Assembly (NCBI GenBank): GCA_031282145.1
Contig: JAITEG010000194.1
Location: 1,373-65,372, forward strand
Source: Spirochaetaceae bacterium
GTDB lineage: Bacteria > Spirochaetota > Spirochaetia > Treponematales > Breznakiellaceae
Direction of reading: 5' to 3'
DNA: 64,000 bases
Of the stretch, positions 20,286 to 30,721 are shown piece by piece. The translations under genes and the position numbers were made by a program. Numbering within the stretch: position 1 is the first letter of the stretch; each line of letters opens with the position of its first letter. The notes under the pieces are model-generated. The model ran no database searches. It saw only the letters and a list, made by a program, of their open reading frames with translations, and was not told where the DNA came from.

Positions 20286-20313
20286 TTGACAAGCAAAGCC
20301 TGTCTTTTAAAAT
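20286..20313 (+). promoter_or_regulatory. Sigma-70 promoter of the rpe operon
   Basis: TTGACA-N16-TAAAAT in the divergent intergenic region. Confidence 0.6.
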
Positions 20314-20379
20314 CTGCTAATATACTATACTATTTTTATCCTTCTTTACAAGGCCCCTTTGAAAGGGTATTATCCTCGT

Positions 20380-21030
20380 ATGAGCTGTATTATCGCCCCC
20401 TCGGTGCTGGCGGCGGATTTTTCTAATTTGACCGCCGCCGTGGCAGATATAAACGATTCAGGGGCCGAGTGGATACATTTAGACGTCATGGATGGCAAAT
20501 TTGTTCCCAATTTAACCTTTGGTCCCAAAATGGTTGCGGATCTGCGGCCCCACACTTCCTCGGTCCTTGATGTCCACCTTATGGTGTATCAACCGGAGGA
20601 TCTTATCGACGAATTTGCCCGGGCCGGGGCGGATTATATCACCTTCCATGTGGAAGCGGTGGTACATTCCCACCGGATCCTGCAATTCATCCGAAATTTG
20701 GGTAAAAAAACCGGGATAAGCATCGTCCCCTCCACTCCGGTAGTTATGATAGAAGAATTATTACCCCTGGTCGATCTGGTCCTGGTGATGACCGTCAATC
20801 CCGGATTCGGCGGACAGGACCTTATCCCGGCCTGTCTTGAAAAGGTAAAAAAACTCGTCCTTTTTAGGGAAAAGAAGGGCCTCTCTTTCCTTATTTCCGT
20901 TGACGGGGGGATTAATGAGGCTACCGCCGCCGGGGCCCGGGACGCGGGGGTGGATGTACTGGTTGCCGGATCGGCCTTTTTTAATGCCCGGGATAAAAAG
21001 GCCCTGGTGTCTCAATTAAAGGGGGAGTAA
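20380..21030 (+). CDS. rpe: Ribulose-phosphate 3-epimerase
   Basis: IAPSVLAADF, HLDVMDGKFVPN, MTVNPGFGGQ and VDGGI motifs. Confidence 0.98.
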   Translation: MSCIIAPSVLAADFSNLTAAVADINDSGAEWIHLDVMDGKFVPNLTFGPKMVADLRPHTSSVLDVHLMVYQPEDLIDEFARAGADYITFHVEAVVHSHRILQFIRNLGKKTGISIVPSTPVVMIEELLPLVDLVLVMTVNPGFGGQDLIPACLEKVKKLVLFREKKGLSFLISVDGGINEATAAGARDAGVDVLVAGSAFFNARDKKALVSQLKGE

Positions 21031-21096
21031 CGAACGTAATGGTAACCTTGCCCCGTACCGTATATCCCCAAGGGATGTTCTTTTCCTTATTAAAAA

Positions 21097-22224
21097 ATGA
21101 TGAAATTTGATCCTATTTTGACCCGGGCGCTCCGGCTCGCCCGGAGCGGTAAATTCGGGGAAGCCATTCAAAAACTGGAAAGCGAGGTTGTTCGATACCA
21201 TAATTCCTTTATTTATTTCTATATCCTGGGGGTATTGTGCCTCCATGCCGGTGATTTTGGGGGGTCCTTGACCTATCTTAAACGGGCCCGGGAAGTAAAA
21301 ATGCAAGACCCCCAGGTGCTCCTGGGCTTGGCGGTTCTCTTTCTCCGCCGGGGGGATACGGACCGGGCTTTGGATCTTTACCTGGAGGTACTGGATAAAG
21401 ACGGCCATAACCGGATAGCCCGAAAAGCCCTCAATGGGATACGGAAATATTCAGGGACCGATGCCTTTTCCCTATGGATAGAATCGGGGAAGCTCACCCG
21501 GTTTTACCCGCCCCTGCCAAAACTGCCCCCCCGGATAGCCTTGACGGCGTTGGTTGCCCTGGGTTTCCTCCTACTTTGTGGGGGGATGCTGCTTAAATTC
21601 CATATTCTCTCCCTGCCGGTCAAACCCCTTTCCCCCCGGGAGGGGTATGCCGGAAGCGCCCTGGAGCGGGAAGAATTGTGGACGCCGGTCCAAATCGGTG
21701 GCAGCTACCGGTATATATTAACCAAAGATCAAGTGGTGGAGGCCTATAACAAGGCCCGTTCATTGTTTACCGATCTCCGGGATGAGGCCGCCCGGGTGGA
21801 GCTTAACCGGATCATCGAATCCAACGCTTCCGAGGCTATTAAAAACAAGGCCCGGCTGCTTTCATCCTACCTGGAGACGCCGGGCTTCGATACCCTGAAG
21901 GACCTCTTCCCTTACGCCACCGTGGCGGCCGACCCCGGTCTTTACCGGGACTGTCATGTGATTTGGCGGGGGATGGCGACGAACCTCGATACCGGGGAGT
22001 CCGCCACCTCCTTTGATTTCCTCGTGGGCTATGACACCCGCAGGACCCTGGAGGGGATAGTGCCGGTGGTTTTTAATTTTTCCGTAGCGGTCAATACCGA
22101 AAAACCCCTGGAAGTATTGGGCCGGGTCATCCCGGTTGCCGCCGGGGCGGACGGTCAGGGGCCCGCCATACACCTGGAAGGCATCGCCCTCTACCAGTCG
22201 GGAAAAGCCGATGACTGGCGGTGA
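21097..22224 (+). CDS. TPR-containing membrane protein
   Basis: N-terminal TPRs, a central TM helix (IALTALVALGFLLLCGG) and a C-terminal domain of unknown function. Confidence 0.75.
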   Translation: MMKFDPILTRALRLARSGKFGEAIQKLESEVVRYHNSFIYFYILGVLCLHAGDFGGSLTYLKRAREVKMQDPQVLLGLAVLFLRRGDTDRALDLYLEVLDKDGHNRIARKALNGIRKYSGTDAFSLWIESGKLTRFYPPLPKLPPRIALTALVALGFLLLCGGMLLKFHILSLPVKPLSPREGYAGSALEREELWTPVQIGGSYRYILTKDQVVEAYNKARSLFTDLRDEAARVELNRIIESNASEAIKNKARLLSSYLETPGFDTLKDLFPYATVAADPGLYRDCHVIWRGMATNLDTGESATSFDFLVGYDTRRTLEGIVPVVFNFSVAVNTEKPLEVLGRVIPVAAGADGQGPAIHLEGIALYQSGKADDWR

Positions 22225-22251
22225 GGTCCGCTCCTTACGGGGGGCCCTTTG

Positions 22252-22701
22252 ATGCGGGCCGTGGTACAGCGGGTCCGGGATGCCCGGGTTTCCGTGGAAG
22301 GGGAGGTGGCCGGGAGCATTTCCCGGGGGGTTTTGGTGTACCTGGGGGTTGCCCAGGGGGATTCCGAAGCCGACGCCGTCTATCTCGCGGAAAAGATCGC
22401 CGGCCTCAGGATCTTTCCCGACGCCGGGGGGGTGATGAACCGGTCCGTCCGGGAGACCGGGGGGGAGGTCCTGGCGGTTTCCCAGTTTACCCTCCTCGCG
22501 GATGCCCGGAAGGGCCGGCGGCCGTCTTATTCCCATGCCGCCGACGGCGCCGGGGCAAAAAAGCTCTACGAATATTTTATGGAAAAAATCCGGGAACAGG
22601 GCCTCCCCTGCCAAAGCGGGGTTTTTCAGGCCCACATGGAAGTTTCCTATACCAACGACGGCCCCGTGACCATACTGCTGGATTCAAAAAAGTTGTTTTA
22701 A
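22252..22701 (+). CDS. dtd: D-aminoacyl-tRNA deacylase
   Basis: MRAVVQRV, SQFTL, KGRRPS and NDGPVT motifs. Confidence 0.97.
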   Translation: MRAVVQRVRDARVSVEGEVAGSISRGVLVYLGVAQGDSEADAVYLAEKIAGLRIFPDAGGVMNRSVRETGGEVLAVSQFTLLADARKGRRPSYSHAADGAGAKKLYEYFMEKIREQGLPCQSGVFQAHMEVSYTNDGPVTILLDSKKLF

Positions 22702-22713
22702 CCCCCGGCGGGT

Positions 22714-23820
22714 TCAGGGCTGATAAAATAAATCAGGGGACTTTAAATAATCTTCCGCGTTAAAGGCCGAGAGGATCTTGCCCATGGACCGGTTGGTCAT
22801 GACGGTGCTGATCACCTTTGCCGATAATTCCGCCGAGGGAACCACCTCAAGGTTGGGGATTTGCTCCGGCAGGGTACCGGGGCAGCATACCGTGTCGGTC
22901 ACCATGATGTGCCGCAAAAGGCCCTCGGAAGAGAGCCGGGTAAGCCGTTCCGCGGCGGGGGCGGAAAACACCGCGTGGACGGCGATGAGGTTTATCTCCG
23001 CCGGGCGGAGGGGCTCGAGGGCCCGGATCAGGCTTTCCACCGACCCGGCGGTATCCACCATATCGTCCACGATCCATAACACCTTTCCTTCGATAGGTTC
23101 GGCGGAAAGGATATTGATAGATTCAATGGCATTGGAACGGGAATAATCCCGCTGTTTATGGGCCACCACCAGGGGCGCCCCAAAGGCATTGGCAAAACGG
23201 CGGCCCAGCTTCTCCCCCCCGGCGTCCACGGAACAGAAGGCCCAATGGGGGCGCACTACCTGTTCCAGGGTGCTGAGGTCCCGGATATACACGTCGCAGA
23301 GCCGCTTTTTAAGCAGGGTCAGGGCGGGGATGTCGTCAATGGCGCACATAACGGGATCCACCATGGATTTCGATTTATCCGAATGGAGCTGATAGGTGAT
23401 GAAGTGGGTGGTCCCGAGGCTGATAAGGATCTTTAAATGCACCCAGAGCCCCACGGAACTGCGCCGCAGGGTCCGGTCCGAGCGGGAGCAGGAGACAAAG
23501 GGCTCAAACACCAGGATCTTTTCCGCCTGGGACCGTTTTAGGGCGTCCACGGTGTGGTAGAGTTCGATCTTCGCCTCGTCCACGGGGATGCCCCCCTGAT
23601 TGCGGGCGCAGCTCGTGAACAGGACCACGTCCTTGCCCCGAAGGGAGGTGTTGATCGCCACTTCCATTTCCCCATCGGCAAAACGGTCCGTGTTTAAGGC
23701 CTGTACCCCGTCCAGATCAAAGCCTTGGGAAGAAAAATTGATGAACCTTGAGAGGTACTGGACAACCCGGGACGCGTAATTCCGCATGGAGCGGGTGGCG
23801 GTTACGACAAACTCATTCAT
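22714..23820 (-). CDS. prs: Ribose-phosphate diphosphokinase family protein (divergent)
   Basis: FADGEM, DAGG, HKQR, VDDMVDTAGS and VTDT motifs; the YxRQDR loop is replaced by SCSRSDR. Confidence 0.85.
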   Translation of the reverse strand: MNEFVVTATRSMRNYASRVVQYLSRFINFSSQGFDLDGVQALNTDRFADGEMEVAINTSLRGKDVVLFTSCARNQGGIPVDEAKIELYHTVDALKRSQAEKILVFEPFVSCSRSDRTLRRSSVGLWVHLKILISLGTTHFITYQLHSDKSKSMVDPVMCAIDDIPALTLLKKRLCDVYIRDLSTLEQVVRPHWAFCSVDAGGEKLGRRFANAFGAPLVVAHKQRDYSRSNAIESINILSAEPIEGKVLWIVDDMVDTAGSVESLIRALEPLRPAEINLIAVHAVFSAPAAERLTRLSSEGLLRHIMVTDTVCCPGTLPEQIPNLEVVPSAELSAKVISTVMTNRSMGKILSAFNAEDYLKSPDLFYQP

Positions 23821-24308
23821 CCGGCTTTTCCCCCGTCATAATGTAAGTTTACTACAGAGAGAGAAAAATTGCATAGTAGCGAAGCCCCAAACCCCTACTG
23901 GGGGAACTTCGCCCCCCGGGTAACTCGCGGAAATGAAACTTCTTTTTCGAGCCATAGTTTTCTCCTTCGCGTAAATAACGGGACGCCGAAAGGCCCCCCG
24001 GGGAATCCATACCTGCCAGCGGGCTTCTCGTAAGTACTTACGGACCCCGGAAAAGTACATCGCTGCTCAGAAAACATCAGGACCAGGCTAATAGGGTCTT
24101 GCGCAAAAAATGAAGAACCCAGGAGCAAGCTTCGGGGTATGGACCCCGGCCTTCCAATCAAGCCGAGGCCGCCGGCTACAGGGCAAAAGCCCACAAAGAC
24201 CACCACCCCAGGGCAACGAGGTGATAGAAATGAAGGAAATTTTATGTTATTTTCTATAATATATAAAGCAGGATGGATATGGTTGCCTTATAGAGGGAGG
24301 AGGAAAAG

Positions 24309-25679
24309 GTGGCAAAAATGAACGAAAGTGAAAAAACCCGGGGGAATCCCCTGGCGACGGGTGAAGAAAAGACCAAGGCCATGGAAACGGCCCGGCTCCA
24401 GATAGAGAAGCAGTTTGGTTCCGGTTCCCTGATAAAGCTGGGGGATCACGCCAACGCGGCGGGGATAGAGGTTATTCCCACGGGTTCCATTCTTTTGGAC
24501 GAGGCCTTGGGAATAGGGGGCTATCCCCGGGGCAGGATCATCGAGATTTACGGGCCTGAGTCTTCGGGAAAGACCACGCTGGCGCTCCACGCCATTGCGG
24601 AGGCCCAAAAACTCGGGGGGATCGCCGCTTTTGTGGACGCCGAACACGCCCTGGACCCGATTTACGCGAAGAACCTGGGGGTCAATATCGACGATCTCTG
24701 GGTTTCCCAGCCGGACGCCGGGGAGCAGGCCCTGGAGATCGCCGAGAGCCTCGTCCGGTCCGGGGCGGTGGACGTGATCGTGGTGGATTCCGTGGCGGCC
24801 CTCACCCCCCAGGCGGAGATCGACGGGGACATGGGGGACGCCCAGATGGGGCTCCAGGCCCGGCTCATGAGCCAGGCCATGCGGAAGCTCACCGCGGTCA
24901 TCGGCAAGTCCCGGACCCTCCTCATCTTCATCAACCAGATCCGGATGAAGATCGGGGTGATGTTCGGGAACCCCGAGACCACCACCGGGGGCAACGCCCT
25001 CAAGTTCTACGCCTCGGTGCGCCTCGAGGTCCGTAAGATGGACACCATCGAAAAGGGGGAGAAGGGGGAGTCCGACGCCATCGGTAACCGGGTCAAGGTC
25101 AAGGTGGTGAAGAACAAGGTCGCCCCGCCCTTTAGGAAGGCGGAGCTGGAGATCATGTTCGGCAAGGGAATATCCGCCGTGGGGAGCCTCCTCGACGCGG
25201 CGGTTAAGTATGAAATTATCGACAAAAAAGGCGCCTGGTTTTCCTACGGGGAAGAAAAGGTCGGCCAGGGCCGGGATAACGCCAAGGCGTATCTGGAAAA
25301 CAACCCCGAATTTGCCCGGGAGCTGGAACAAAAACTCAAGGCGGTCATGTTCCCCGGCCGGGAGTTTCCCCGCCATGAAAAGGTCCTTCCCCGGAAAGCC
25401 CCGGAGGAGGAAAGCCGGTATGTGGAGCCGGTTTCCCCGGTAGAAGCCGTGCCGGTGGAGGAGAAAAGGGTCCCCACGGAAGCCGTGCCGGCGGAGGAGC
25501 AAAAGGCTCAGGCGGAAGTCGCGCCGGCGGAGGAAAAAAAGCCCCCGGTGGAAAAAAGAGGACCCGGCCGTCCGCCCTCCGAAGCTTTCCCCGGGAAAGC
25601 CGCTTCCCCGGCCAAAGAGAAGGTTCCCGGCCGGGGGCCGGGGAGGCCCCCATCCCGGAACATAGATGGCCTTTTCTAG
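24309..25679 (+). CDS. recA: Recombinase RecA with a ~100-aa low-complexity C-terminal tail
   Basis: [24 protein letters not shown] and [13 protein letters not shown] motifs. Confidence 0.99.
   Translation: MAKMNESEKTRGNPLATGEEKTKAMETARLQIEKQFGSGSLIKLGDHANAAGIEVIPTGSILLDEALGIGGYPRGRIIEIYGPESSGKTTLALHAIAEAQKLGGIAAFVDAEHALDPIYAKNLGVNIDDLWVSQPDAGEQALEIAESLVRSGAVDVIVVDSVAALTPQAEIDGDMGDAQMGLQARLMSQAMRKLTAVIGKSRTLLIFINQIRMKIGVMFGNPETTTGGNALKFYASVRLEVRKMDTIEKGEKGESDAIGNRVKVKVVKNKVAPPFRKAELEIMFGKGISAVGSLLDAAVKYEIIDKKGAWFSYGEEKVGQGRDNAKAYLENNPEFARELEQKLKAVMFPGREFPRHEKVLPRKAPEEESRYVEPVSPVEAVPVEEKRVPTEAVPAEEQKAQAEVAPAEEKKPPVEKRGPGRPPSEAFPGKAASPAKEKVPGRGPGRPPSRNIDGLF
25443..25550 (+). repeat. Three imperfect 36-bp tandem repeats in the recA tail
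   Basis: GAAGCCGTGCCGG(T/C)GGAGGAG-like units start at 25443, 25479 and 25515. Confidence 0.85.
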
Positions 25680-25687
25680 CAGGTTTT

Positions 25688-26236
25688 ATGCGCGAAGCGC
25701 GACAAACTCCTAGCCCTAAGGAAATGGTGGGAGTGCCGGTGGTGCTGGGTTTAGGCTCAAACCAGGGGGATTCCCGCAAGATCCTGGGGGATGCCCGGGG
25801 GGCTTTGGGGGAAATACTGGAGGAAACCCGGGCCGCTTCTTTTTTTGAAACCGAGCCCCTCCTCGTGACGGATCAGGGCCGGTTTCTTAATACTGCCCTC
25901 TCGGGCCGCTACCGGGGAGAACCTCGGGAATTACTCGATCATATCCACCGTATTGAAGCCCGGTTTGGCCGGGATCGGAAAAAGGAACGCCGCTGGGGAG
26001 AACGCCCCCTGGATATCGACATTCTCCTCTTCGGGGACCTCGTCCTTTCCGAGCCGCCGGAATTGGAAATTCCCCATCCCCGGCTTACCGAACGCCGGTT
26101 TGCCCTGGTTCCCCTGTTGGAGCTTTTTCCCGATGCGGCGGATCCCCGGACCGGCCGCGCTTACCGGGTTTTTATGGAAGAACTTCCCCCCCAGGGTATT
26201 TACTACGCCGGCGGAGGGGAATATACTAAATGGTAA
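25688..26236 (+). CDS. folK: 2-amino-4-hydroxy-6-hydroxymethyldihydropteridine diphosphokinase
   Basis: LGLGSNQG, FLN, RWGERPLDIDIL and IPHPRLTERRFALVPL motifs. Confidence 0.96.
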   Translation: MREARQTPSPKEMVGVPVVLGLGSNQGDSRKILGDARGALGEILEETRAASFFETEPLLVTDQGRFLNTALSGRYRGEPRELLDHIHRIEARFGRDRKKERRWGERPLDIDILLFGDLVLSEPPELEIPHPRLTERRFALVPLLELFPDAADPRTGRAYRVFMEELPPQGIYYAGGGEYTKW

Positions 26237-26998
26237 ATGGACAGCCAAAATTCAAATACCGCCCGAAGTTTTAGAATCAATGAATTTGAAGGGCCCCTGG
26301 ATCTGCTTCTTTTTTTAATAAAAAAAAATGAGGTTAATATCTATGATATTCCGGTAGCCCAGATTACCGAACAATATCTTGACTATTTAAAGTACAGTAC
26401 CGCCCTGGATCTGGAGGAATTAACGGAATTTCACGTTATGGCGGCAAGTCTGCTTTATCTGAAATCCCGGATGCTTCTGCCGGTGGAAATCGGGGACGAT
26501 GAGGAGACCGAAGATCCCCGGCAGGAACTGGTGGAAAAACTGGTGGAATATCAGAAATTCAAAAAACTCTCCCAGCTTATGGAGGAAAAGGAACGGGAGG
26601 CCGAATGGGTTATCGAACGGAAAAAACTCCAGCGGGCCCTGCCTTTTACGGAGGATACCCTCTGGGAAAAAGTCGATGTTTGGGATCTTTTAAAAACCTT
26701 TTCCGGCCTTATCGCCCACCTTTCGGGGGAACAGATCTTCGACCTCTATGAAGAGGTGTCCATCAATGAAAAGCTCGCCCTTTTATCGGAATTACTGGAG
26801 CTCCGGAGGGAGTGCACTTTTGCGGATCTCCTGGTACGGAACGGGTCGGTGATGGATATCGTATGCGCCTTCCTGGCTATTCTTGAGGCGGTAAAAACCC
26901 GGATGGTTTCCATTTTCCAGAACCGGATGTTTGGGGATATATTGATTCGGCCTTACGAGGGTGTCCAAGGAGCAAGCATTAACCGGGTTAATACTTAG
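26237..26998 (+). CDS. scpA: Segregation and condensation protein A
   Basis: FEGPLDLLL, LKSRMLLP and FLAILE motifs. Confidence 0.97.
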   Translation: MDSQNSNTARSFRINEFEGPLDLLLFLIKKNEVNIYDIPVAQITEQYLDYLKYSTALDLEELTEFHVMAASLLYLKSRMLLPVEIGDDEETEDPRQELVEKLVEYQKFKKLSQLMEEKEREAEWVIERKKLQRALPFTEDTLWEKVDVWDLLKTFSGLIAHLSGEQIFDLYEEVSINEKLALLSELLELRRECTFADLLVRNGSVMDIVCAFLAILEAVKTRMVSIFQNRMFGDILIRPYEGVQGASINRVNT

Positions 26999-27043
26999 CC
27001 ATTCGGGTTAATTCAGCGGCCGGAGGGCCGTTTTTTATAGGGG

Positions 27044-27607
27044 TTGCGGGTGCAGAAAGAAACGGCATTGGAGAAAGAAACGGCGCTCATGGAGGCGATT
27101 TTATACCTTGAGGCGGATCCCCTGGACGAGGCCGCCCTTTCCCGGATATCCGGCCTTTCCCGGGACGTGGTTAAACTGGCCCTCGCGGCTCTGGACGACC
27201 GCTATGCCCAGGAAGATTCCGGGGTGGAACTCTCCCGGATTGGCGGGGGGGTGATGATATCCCCCAAAAAAGAATACTGGGATAACCTTAAAGAACGGTA
27301 CGGTAAAAAAAACGAGTCCAAGTTGTCCAAGGCCGCCTTGGAAACCCTCTCGATCATTGCCTATTCCCAGCCCATTACCCGCAGCGAAATTGAGGCTATC
27401 CGGGGGGTTCAGGCGGATACGATGATACGGCTCCTTTTGGATAAGGAGCTGATCCGGGAAACCGGAAAAAAGGATGTCCCCGGTAAACCCCTTCAATACG
27501 GAACCACCCGGGAGTTTCTCAAATTCTTCCGTCTGGAAACTATCGCGGATCTTCCCAAACTCAGTGAAAAAGAGAGCGACCGGTTTGAACTTGACGGACA
27601 GGGGTGA
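27044..27607 (+). CDS. scpB: Segregation and condensation protein B
   Basis: LSKAALETLSIIAYSQPITR and YGTTREFL...DLP motifs. Confidence 0.97.
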   Translation: MRVQKETALEKETALMEAILYLEADPLDEAALSRISGLSRDVVKLALAALDDRYAQEDSGVELSRIGGGVMISPKKEYWDNLKERYGKKNESKLSKAALETLSIIAYSQPITRSEIEAIRGVQADTMIRLLLDKELIRETGKKDVPGKPLQYGTTREFLKFFRLETIADLPKLSEKESDRFELDGQG

Positions 27608-28331
27608 AACTGTCCTCCCGGAGGGAGGGCAGAGGCTCCAGGTTTACCTGGCCCACGCCGGGGCGGCTTCCCGGCGGGCATCGGAAAAGCTTATCGCCGA
27701 GGGCAGGGTGTCGGTAGACGGCCGGATCGTAACGACCCCCGGAGAAAAAGTATCCCCCGGGGCCGAGGTACGCCTCGATGGGACCCTTTTACGGCCGGAG
27801 CGGGTTTTTCACTACCTGGCCCTCCACAAACCCCCCCTCTATATCTGTAGTGCCTCCGATCCCCAGGGAAGACCCCTGGCGAGGGAACTGCTCCCCGGAA
27901 ATATTGCGGAACGGCTCTACCATGTGGGACGCCTGGATTTCCGTTCCTCCGGGCTCATCTTCTTTACCAACGACGGCGGCTTTGCCGCGAAGATAAGCCA
28001 CCCATCGGCTGAAATCGAAAAAGAATACCTCGTGGAGGCCTCCGGTCCCATCCCCGAAACGGTCGTGGAAGCGTTCCTCCGGGGTGTTTTAATAGACCAG
28101 GTTTTTTACCAAGCCTCGAATATAGAACGGCTGGGAAGAAAATCCCTGCGGGTGGTGCTGATCGAGGGGAAAAACCGGGAGATTCGCCGGGTCTTTTCCC
28201 ATTTTCACCTGCATCCCGTGAGGCTCCACCGCATCAGGATAGGTCCGGTCCTTTTAGGCGATCTCCCGGAAGGCGCTTCACGGCCCCTTACCGCCGGGGA
28301 ACGGAAAAAACTCACCGGGATAAAGGAATAG
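27591..28331 (+). CDS. rluB: RsuA/RluB-family rRNA pseudouridine synthase
   Basis: S4 domain RLQVYLAHAGAASRR, VGRLD and EGKNREIRR motifs; follows scpB. The TTG start is approximate. Confidence 0.85.
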   Translation: MTDRGETVLPEGGQRLQVYLAHAGAASRRASEKLIAEGRVSVDGRIVTTPGEKVSPGAEVRLDGTLLRPERVFHYLALHKPPLYICSASDPQGRPLARELLPGNIAERLYHVGRLDFRSSGLIFFTNDGGFAAKISHPSAEIEKEYLVEASGPIPETVVEAFLRGVLIDQVFYQASNIERLGRKSLRVVLIEGKNREIRRVFSHFHLHPVRLHRIRIGPVLLGDLPEGASRPLTAGERKKLTGIKE

Positions 28332-28391
28332 CTCCCCTATATTAACCGTGGTTTTTGGGGTACCATGACGGTTGTGGAGGAGGGGGATAAC

Positions 28392-29480
28392 ATGGCGAGC
28401 AAAAAAACACCTCCCGAGGGGCGCGTCGATGCCGCTGAGGGGCGCGCGGAAAACGACCGGGAGCGCGGGATCCTCCATCCCGAAATTAATCGGACCGAGG
28501 ATGAGGGGGATCTGTCCCTGCGGCCCCGGAGCCTGGGGGAATTCTTGGGCCAGGCGGCGATGAAGGAAAACCTGGGGGTTTTTATCTCCGCCGCCAAGGC
28601 CCGGAACGAGAGCCTCGACCACCTCTTCCTCATCGGCCCCCCGGGGCTGGGAAAAACGACCCTGGCCCAGGTGGTGGCCCGGGAGTTGGAGGTGGATTTT
28701 AAGGTAACCTCCGCCCCGGCCCTGGATAAACCCAAGGACCTGGCGGGGATCCTCACCACGGTGACGGAAAAAACGGTTTTTTTTATTGACGAGATCCACC
28801 GGCTTAAGCCCGCCATGGAGGAGATGCTTTATATCGCCATGGAGGACTACGAGCTGGACTGGATCATAGGTCAGGGGCCCAGCGCCCGGACCATCCGGAT
28901 CCCCATACCTCCCTTTACCCTGGTGGGGGCCACCACCAAGGCGGGGAATGTTTCGAGCCCCCTCGTCGGCCGTTTTGGGATCACCTGCCGGTTTTCTTTT
29001 TATGAGCATGAGGACATGGAAGCCATAGTCCGCCGTTCAGCGGGGATCCTCAAGGCCGCCATTGAGGATGACGCCGCGGCCCTCTTGGCGCGTTCCGCCC
29101 GGGGAACCCCCCGGGTGGCGAACCGGCTGCTGCGGCGGATGCGGGACTTTGCCCAGGTAATGGGGAAGACCGCCATTACCCGGGAGGTGGTGGAGGAGGG
29201 GCTTAAACGGCTGGAGATAGATTCCCTGGGTCTGGAACGGCATGACCGGGAGATCCTCAGAATCATCATAGAACGGTACCACGGCGGGCCGGTGGGGGCG
29301 GAAACCCTGGCTATTTCCGTAGGGGAGGCAGTGGATACCCTGGAGGATTACTACGAACCGTATCTCATCCAGTCGGGACTGCTCCAGCGTACCCCCCGGG
29401 GCAGGGTAGTGACGGCCTTGGCCTATGAACACCTCAACCTTTCCCCCAAACAGCATGAAACGTCAGGACTTCTTTTTTGA
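28392..29480 (+). CDS. ruvB: Holliday junction branch-migration helicase RuvB
   Basis: [30 protein letters not shown] and RTPRGR motifs. Confidence 0.98.
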   Translation: MASKKTPPEGRVDAAEGRAENDRERGILHPEINRTEDEGDLSLRPRSLGEFLGQAAMKENLGVFISAAKARNESLDHLFLIGPPGLGKTTLAQVVARELEVDFKVTSAPALDKPKDLAGILTTVTEKTVFFIDEIHRLKPAMEEMLYIAMEDYELDWIIGQGPSARTIRIPIPPFTLVGATTKAGNVSSPLVGRFGITCRFSFYEHEDMEAIVRRSAGILKAAIEDDAAALLARSARGTPRVANRLLRRMRDFAQVMGKTAITREVVEEGLKRLEIDSLGLERHDREILRIIIERYHGGPVGAETLAISVGEAVDTLEDYYEPYLIQSGLLQRTPRGRVVTALAYEHLNLSPKQHETSGLLF

Positions 29481-30474
29481 TCTTCCCCCGGCGCTCGTCG
29501 CTCAGTATCCTCAGGCGGAACGGGGAGGGAGCCGGCTTTTGGTACTGGACCGGAAAACCGGCTCCTGCGGCCATCACTGGGTAGGGGAGCTGCCCGAGCT
29601 TTTGGAAGATCGATCCCTATTGGTGTTTAATGATTCCCGGGTCCGCAAGGCGCGCCTCCCGGGAATCGCGGAGAAAACCGGCGCCCGGGTGGAATTTCTC
29701 CTCCTCAAAAAGCAGGACTCCCTTACCTGGAAAACGCTTGTCGGACGGTCGAACCGCCGCCGTCCCGGAAGCCGGTATGTGTTTGCCGGGGGGGTAAGTG
29801 CGGAAATCACCGGGGCCGAAGGGGAGTTCCGCTTTCTCCGGTTTGACCGGATCATCGACGATGATTGGCTGGACCGCTACGGCCATATCCCCCTGCCGCC
29901 GTATATCAAGCGGGAGGATACCCCCGCCGACAGTGAGCGTTACCAGACGGTCTACGCCGGGCTCCCGGGTTCAGCCGCCGCCCCCACTGCGGGGCTTCAC
30001 TTTACCCGGGAACTCCTCGGGCGGCTGGAAGCGGCGGGGATGGAGACCGCCTATATCACCCTCCATGTGGGGCTTGGGACCTTCCTTCCGGTACGGACCG
30101 AAAATATCGAAGACCATCCCATGCACGAGGAAGTTTTTTCCATCGGCGAAGCGGCGGCGGACAGGATAGAGCGGGCCAAGGCGGAGAAACGGCGGATCGT
30201 GGCCGTGGGAACCACCAGTGTCCGTACCCTGGAATCGGCGTGGAAGCAAGGGCGGCTGGAACGGGGGGAGGGGAGTACGTCGATATTTATTTACCCAGGC
30301 TATTCCTTTAACGTGGTAGACACCCTTTTTACCAATTTCCACACCCCTTGTTCTACCCTGCTGATGCTGGTCTCGGCCTTCGCGGGCCGGGAGAAAATTC
30401 TGGAAACCTATGAGAAGGCAATCGGGGAGGGATACCGTTTTTTCAGCTACGGGGACGCCATGTTGATCCGGTAA
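29455..30474 (+). CDS. queA: S-adenosylmethionine:tRNA ribosyltransferase-isomerase
   Basis: [28 protein letters not shown] and FSYGDAM motifs. Confidence 0.98.
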   Translation: MKRQDFFFDLPPALVAQYPQAERGGSRLLVLDRKTGSCGHHWVGELPELLEDRSLLVFNDSRVRKARLPGIAEKTGARVEFLLLKKQDSLTWKTLVGRSNRRRPGSRYVFAGGVSAEITGAEGEFRFLRFDRIIDDDWLDRYGHIPLPPYIKREDTPADSERYQTVYAGLPGSAAAPTAGLHFTRELLGRLEAAGMETAYITLHVGLGTFLPVRTENIEDHPMHEEVFSIGEAAADRIERAKAEKRRIVAVGTTSVRTLESAWKQGRLERGEGSTSIFIYPGYSFNVVDTLFTNFHTPCSTLLMLVSAFAGREKILETYEKAIGEGYRFFSYGDAMLIR

Positions 30475-30525
30475 TGAGGCCGGATTTTGAAGCAGCCCTA
30501 TTTTAAAAAAAAATTAAAATTTTTC

Positions 30526-30553
30526 TTGACAATAACCAATTCCCTGGTATAAT
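30526..30553 (+). promoter_or_regulatory. Sigma-70 promoter upstream of the membrane hydrolase leader
   Basis: TTGACA-N16-TATAAT. Confidence 0.8.
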
Positions 30554-30585
30554 CAATTTGACACGTTCCTCTGAAATGTAAAGTG

Positions 30586-30644
30586 TGCTCAAGAGAATAA
30601 GAGTATGGGCATGGCAAATGCAAGGTTTGTCATGCCCATTTTTT
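30586..30644 (+). promoter_or_regulatory. Leader attenuator 1 (putative GlpP antitermination site plus intrinsic terminator)
   Basis: TGCTCAAGAGAATAAGAGTA runs into the stem ATGGGCATGGCAAA/TTTGTCATGCCCAT and a T-tract; the motif recurs at 33541. Confidence 0.75.
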
Positions 30645-30721
30645 ATTATCCCTTGGTTAAAAGAGGCGTGAAGAAAAAACCGGCGTTAAAACCGGGAGAA
30701 TAAAGCGGAAAGGAGCATTGT

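Noticed and set aside
23975-24005. GGGACGCCGAAAGGCCCC as a c-di-GMP-I riboswitch
   Set aside because: The GCAAA-P2-GAAA-GACGCAAAGC arrangement is not present; it is only a GNRA hairpin.
24288-25502. 404-aa antisense ORF over recA (and similar long antisense ORFs over infB, glpK, flgF and ppdK)
   Set aside because: Shadow ORFs caused by GC-rich codon usage on the coding strand; no motifs.
25443-25550. 36-bp repeats as a possible CRISPR array
   Set aside because: They are in-frame tandem coding repeats with no spacers and no cas genes nearby.
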